Source: Candidatus Marinacidobacterales bacterium (GTDB lineage Bacteria; Acidobacteriota; Vicinamibacteria; Marinacidobacterales; SMYC01). Taken from it: a stretch of 64,000 bases of DNA. Shown here piece after piece: positions 60,367-64,000 of this stretch (the stretch's first letter is position 1; the number at the start of each line of letters is the position of its first letter). The DNA is taken from positions 1,504,001 through 1,568,000 of the forward strand of contig CBDCYI010000011.1 in NCBI GenBank assembly GCA_965224085.1. Direction: 5' to 3'. The translations under genes and the position numbers were made by a program. The notes beneath the pieces are model-generated. The model was not told the origin of the DNA. It made no database searches and was given only the letters and a program-made list of their open reading frames with translations.

Positions 60367-61455
60367 TCACGGTCTCCTTTGGGGTTTATGGGGTTTGATG
60401 GGGTCTAATTTGGTTAGGACTTTGCGAACCATTGACGAAGCAGGTAGGTTGAGAAGTTGTTTGGGGGTTACCCACCTTTTCTTGCGGCACCCTGTTCGGG
60501 GACGGTTCGCGAGCTTGGCGGCATAGGCACGGAGGTCGATGCGGCGGTTCATGATGCTGTGCTTCACTTTGGCGAGCTCTTGACCCGGTGTCAGGTCCAG
60601 TCCATATTTTTCCTGAGCCTCACGGGCGAGGGCGGCGCGCGGGTCTTCTCCGTCGCGGCATTCCGCTTCCGGGAGCTCCCACATGTTTTTCATGAGCTCC
60701 ACGCCCTCTCGTCGATAGACCAGTAACTTTCCTTTCTCCTCGATAACGGCGGCGGCGAGCGTCACGCGGACGCTTTTTGGGAGGGGCGGAAGCTCGGGTA
60801 GCGTTTGCTCGAGTCCCAGACGCTTTGCGGCGCACGCGTCGCGCAATGGACAGGTGAGACAGCGTGGATTTCTCGGCGTGCAAACAAGAGCGCCGAGCTC
60901 CATCAGAGCTTGATTGAATTCCGAGATCGAGTGCTCGGGTAGGATCTCCGTCGCGAGCTCCCACAAGTTCCGCTTGCTCTCCCCTTTTCTCGGATTCCCT
61001 CGCACTTCGAACACACGCGACAAAACGCGCGCCGCGTTCCCGTCCAGAATCGGCGCCCGCACACCGAAAGCGATAGAAACGATGGCGCCCGCCGTATAGC
61101 GACCCACACCTGGCAGCCGCAGCCAGCCGGCCACGTCTTCCGGAAAGCGACCGTCGAGCTCGAAGGCGATCGTCTTCGCGGCGGCGTGGAACGCGCGCGC
61201 TCTTCGGTAATAGCCCAGTCCCGACCACAGGGCGAGAACTTCCTGCTCGGTTGCGTTCGCGACCGCGTCGACGTCGGGCAAATGCTCGATGAAACGTTCA
61301 AAATAGGGGATCACCGTTTGTACCTGGGTCTGCTGGAGCATCGACTCCGAGAGCCAAACCCGGTACGGATCCAGATGGTCACGCCACGGAAGCCTCCGCT
61401 GGTGGCGTCCATACCAGCGCAAGAGTCCCAAAAAACGCGCCCGAACCGCTTTCAC
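60367..61455 (-). CDS. mutY: A/G-specific adenine glycosylase
   Basis: LPWR, SESMLQQT, WSGLGYYRRA, LPGVGRYTA, C-x6-C-x2-C-x5-C, NUDIX-like C-terminus. Confidence 0.96.
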   Translation of the reverse strand: MKAVRARFLGLLRWYGRHQRRLPWRDHLDPYRVWLSESMLQQTQVQTVIPYFERFIEHLPDVDAVANATEQEVLALWSGLGYYRRARAFHAAAKTIAFELDGRFPEDVAGWLRLPGVGRYTAGAIVSIAFGVRAPILDGNAARVLSRVFEVRGNPRKGESKRNLWELATEILPEHSISEFNQALMELGALVCTPRNPRCLTCPLRDACAAKRLGLEQTLPELPPLPKSVRVTLAAAVIEEKGKLLVYRREGVELMKNMWELPEAECRDGEDPRAALAREAQEKYGLDLTPGQELAKVKHSIMNRRIDLRAYAAKLANRPRTGCRKKRWVTPKQLLNLPASSMVRKVLTKLDPIKPHKPQRRP

Positions 61456-61521
61456 GGGCGCATGGTATCAGGATCAGCGTTTGCATTCGGTTCCGGGCCG
61501 GAGCTATTCTGGGGCACGATC

Positions 61522-62451
61522 ATGAGTCAGATGCAGCTGGGCGAGCGCTATGTGGACCTTGGAGTCAAGGCCATCGACCAGGATGATCTCAAAAAGGCGC
61601 TCCGCCACCTGAATCGCGCGCTATCCCTGAACCCTCAATCCTACCTCGCGTACTACAACCGGGGCGTCGTCTACGATCTGCTGGGGCGCCTGGAAGACGC
61701 TTTAGCCGACTATGAGCGGGCTCTGGGGGTCCAACCGAACCATCTAGCATCGCTCCATAATCGGGCAGTGATCCTTCGCGAATTGGGCCAGCCCGACGCC
61801 GCCATCAAGGGCTTCGACGAGGTCCTGCGCTTCGAGCCGGACGGCAGCGACGTGCTCTACAATCGCGGGGCCGCCCTCGCGGATTTGAAGCGCTGGCCGG
61901 AGGCCGTGCGCGATTTCGACCGCGCCATCGCCGCGGCTCCCGACAAGATCGATGCCCGTATCGCCAAAGGCAATGCCTGTCTGGAGCTTAGCAAGATTGA
62001 TGAAGCGATCGCCGTCGGCGACGACTTGATCGCGATGGAATCGGGCTCGGTCGAAGGGCACGTGCTCAAAGGTCTCGCGCGTTTCGACGCGGGGGAACAA
62101 GAGCTTGCGATCGGCGAGTTCACCGAAGCGCTCGAGACGACGCCCGATGACCACGGCGCTCTTCTTCAACGCGGCATCGTCTTTCTCCACCTCGGCCGCA
62201 ACGAAAAAGCTATCGAGGACCTCAAACACGCGCTGAAGAATCATCCGGATTGCGACGAAGCTTTCTACCACCTCGCGATTGCTTACGCGCAGCTCGGCCA
62301 GCCGGATGCCGCGATTGATGCCCTGCAAACGGCCATCGATATCGACCCGCCGCGGCGCGCCGAAGCTCAAAAAGCTGCGGAGTTCGAGCCGCTACGGGCG
62401 GAGCCCCGGTTCAAAGCGGTGGTCGCGGGCAAGCGTGGGCGACGCAGTTGA
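61522..62451 (+). CDS. TPR-repeat protein
   Basis: About 8 regular TPR repeats (AYYNRG...). Confidence 0.88.
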   Translation: MSQMQLGERYVDLGVKAIDQDDLKKALRHLNRALSLNPQSYLAYYNRGVVYDLLGRLEDALADYERALGVQPNHLASLHNRAVILRELGQPDAAIKGFDEVLRFEPDGSDVLYNRGAALADLKRWPEAVRDFDRAIAAAPDKIDARIAKGNACLELSKIDEAIAVGDDLIAMESGSVEGHVLKGLARFDAGEQELAIGEFTEALETTPDDHGALLQRGIVFLHLGRNEKAIEDLKHALKNHPDCDEAFYHLAIAYAQLGQPDAAIDALQTAIDIDPPRRAEAQKAAEFEPLRAEPRFKAVVAGKRGRRS

Positions 62452-62468
62452 GCTCACAACGGACCGAA

Positions 62469-63476
62469 CTACCCCGCTAGTAGTTGTTTGGCTAGGCGCT
62501 GGTAGTATTTTATGGCGTTTTGAGCTTCCTTCTTGCCTATTTTCTCGGCGTTGGTGTGGGCGTCGTGGATCGAGCCTGGGCCTAGCAGAAGTGGTTTTCC
62601 TAGGTTGGTTAGGGCGGGGATGTCGGTTCCGAATGACACGGGGGCGAGCTCGAAGCCCTCAACGGTTTTGCACGTTACGGCGTCGGAGCTTGCGATCACC
62701 TTGTAGGTTAGCTTGGGGTGTTTCGTCAGGATCTTGTCTAGTTTTTCCTTGACGTCGTTCACGTTGCCTACGACTCGGATGAATACTTCGGATTCGGCCT
62801 CGGGGGCGAATACGTTGGCGGCCAGGCCGCCTTTGATCGTACCGATGTTGGTCGTGGCTGCGCCCATCAGGTCGCTCTTGCCCCAGTCTTCGGCGCGTAT
62901 GTCGGTAAGCGCGTCGAGCAAATAGGCGATGGCGGATTCTCCCAGCTGCGGGTAGGCGGAGTGGGCGGCTTTGCCACTCGCCGTAAGAAGGAACTTGAAG
63001 CCACCCTTATGGCCGCTCGCCATACGGTTCTCGGTGGGCTCGCCGACCACGACGTGCTCGCTCGTCCAATCGCCCTCGTTGGCGGCCAAGGCGCCGGCGC
63101 TATCGACTTCTTCGCCGACGACGAAAAGCATTCCAATCTCCCGGTGGCCCTCGTCGCGGAGAGCCACCGTGGCGAGCACCATGCAAGCAAGGATCCCCTT
63201 GGCGTCGCAGGAACCACGGCCATAGATGTACTCGTCGTCCTCGGAGCTCTCGTAGAACGGGGGTACGGTATCGATGTGCGTGTTGAAGATGAGCCGCGGG
63301 ACCGCGCCATCGTTGACCGCATAGACGTTGAAGCGGTCCGCACCGACCTCATGTAGACGCACCGAGAAGCTGCGACTCGTTAGATCCTTTTCCAGAAAAC
63401 GTGCGACGTCGCCTTCATCGCCCGAGACAGACGGTATGTCGACGAGACGCCTGATATATGCATTGAGCTCGCTCAT
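62469..63476 (-). CDS. M20-family metallo-hydrolase (ArgE/DapE-like)
   Basis: NTHIDTV, GRGSCDAKG, GEE, GEPT, GPG..AH. Confidence 0.92.
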   Translation of the reverse strand: MSELNAYIRRLVDIPSVSGDEGDVARFLEKDLTSRSFSVRLHEVGADRFNVYAVNDGAVPRLIFNTHIDTVPPFYESSEDDEYIYGRGSCDAKGILACMVLATVALRDEGHREIGMLFVVGEEVDSAGALAANEGDWTSEHVVVGEPTENRMASGHKGGFKFLLTASGKAAHSAYPQLGESAIAYLLDALTDIRAEDWGKSDLMGAATTNIGTIKGGLAANVFAPEAESEVFIRVVGNVNDVKEKLDKILTKHPKLTYKVIASSDAVTCKTVEGFELAPVSFGTDIPALTNLGKPLLLGPGSIHDAHTNAEKIGKKEAQNAIKYYQRLAKQLLAG

Positions 63477-63998
63477 TTTCGCTTCTTTTTGGCCTTTGAT
63501 GCGAGCATGATGCTCCGTCCCTCCGGATCGGTAGTTGTGACGACGCGGTCACCCCACGGCATTTCCACGGGCGGCCCGGCAAATGCCGCGCCTTTCGCGA
63601 TGAGCTGAGCATAGGCGTAGTCGACATCCTTGACCTCGAAATACAAAGTCGGCTCGCGAGGCTGCGGTGGCTCACCCAGCATATCTGGATGCGGGGGCAT
63701 GAAACCCATCGTGGAGTGGGGTGACGTCCTCACGAGAAGATAGTTCAAGCCTTCTTCATCACTCGTCTCCGTCGAAAGCTCCAGAATCCCGTCGTAAAAC
63801 TTCCGGAGCTGGTCGACTTTATAGGTCATGAAATCGATATGCTGCGACGCGATCGCAAGTCCACTGGCTCGCGGTCGTTTCGTTGTTTTCTTGGCCGTTG
63901 TTTTTTGCAGCTTTTTTCAGCGCCGGCTTGGCTTTTTTCTTCGTCTTCTTGGCCACGGTCTTTTTGGCGGCCGTCTTCTTTTGGGCCTTTTTAACCAT
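63473..63998 (-). CDS. VOC/glyoxalase-family protein with Lys/Ala-rich N-terminal tail (frameshift in an A-run near 63903)
   Basis: FYDGIL, LYFEVKDVD, MPWG, DPEG; upstream MVKKAQKKTAAKK... joins the VOC frame with a 1-nt correction. Confidence 0.75.
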
Positions 63999-64000
63999 GG

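Noticed and set aside
63895-63920. Programmed -1 frameshift at A AAA AAC
   Set aside because: Joining the VOC frame needs +1, not -1; a homopolymer indel is simpler

Overview
GC-rich bacterial chromosomal window. The gene content (ADOP/MacB-type permease, CehA/McbA-type hydrolases, Oar-like TonB receptor remnant, ECF/zf-HC2/DUF4097 triad) suggests Acidobacteriota, probably Vicinamibacteria; this is inference only. Housekeeping genes look intact: tsaC/sua5, xerD, murJ, leuS-lptE-holA, rpsT, mutY, an NCS2 permease and an Mrp-type Na+/H+ antiporter operon. The accessory middle (about 21.7-52.5 kb) is heavily scarred, with truncated and fused genes, internal deletions, tandem duplications and one broken IS. 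The strongest hidden signal is a DsbA-family lipoprotein gene (41911-42966, minus strand) that the ORF track cuts short. It has an in-frame TGA in its active site (DFQ-U-PYC) followed by a SECIS-like hairpin, so it is most likely a UxxC selenoprotein. Other leads: a second in-frame TGA with a hairpin in a transglutaminase-like gene; one-sided A/C-rich synonymous drift at three gene 3' ends; a sigma54-like promoter with a 22-bp-period upstream repeat; a long hairpin hiding the transposase start; a His/Tyr-rich small lipoprotein; a heme c/copper-monooxygenase-like fusion; and a histone-H1-like tail on a VOC protein. No rRNA, tRNA or CRISPR array was seen. All family calls are from motif recognition, not database searches.
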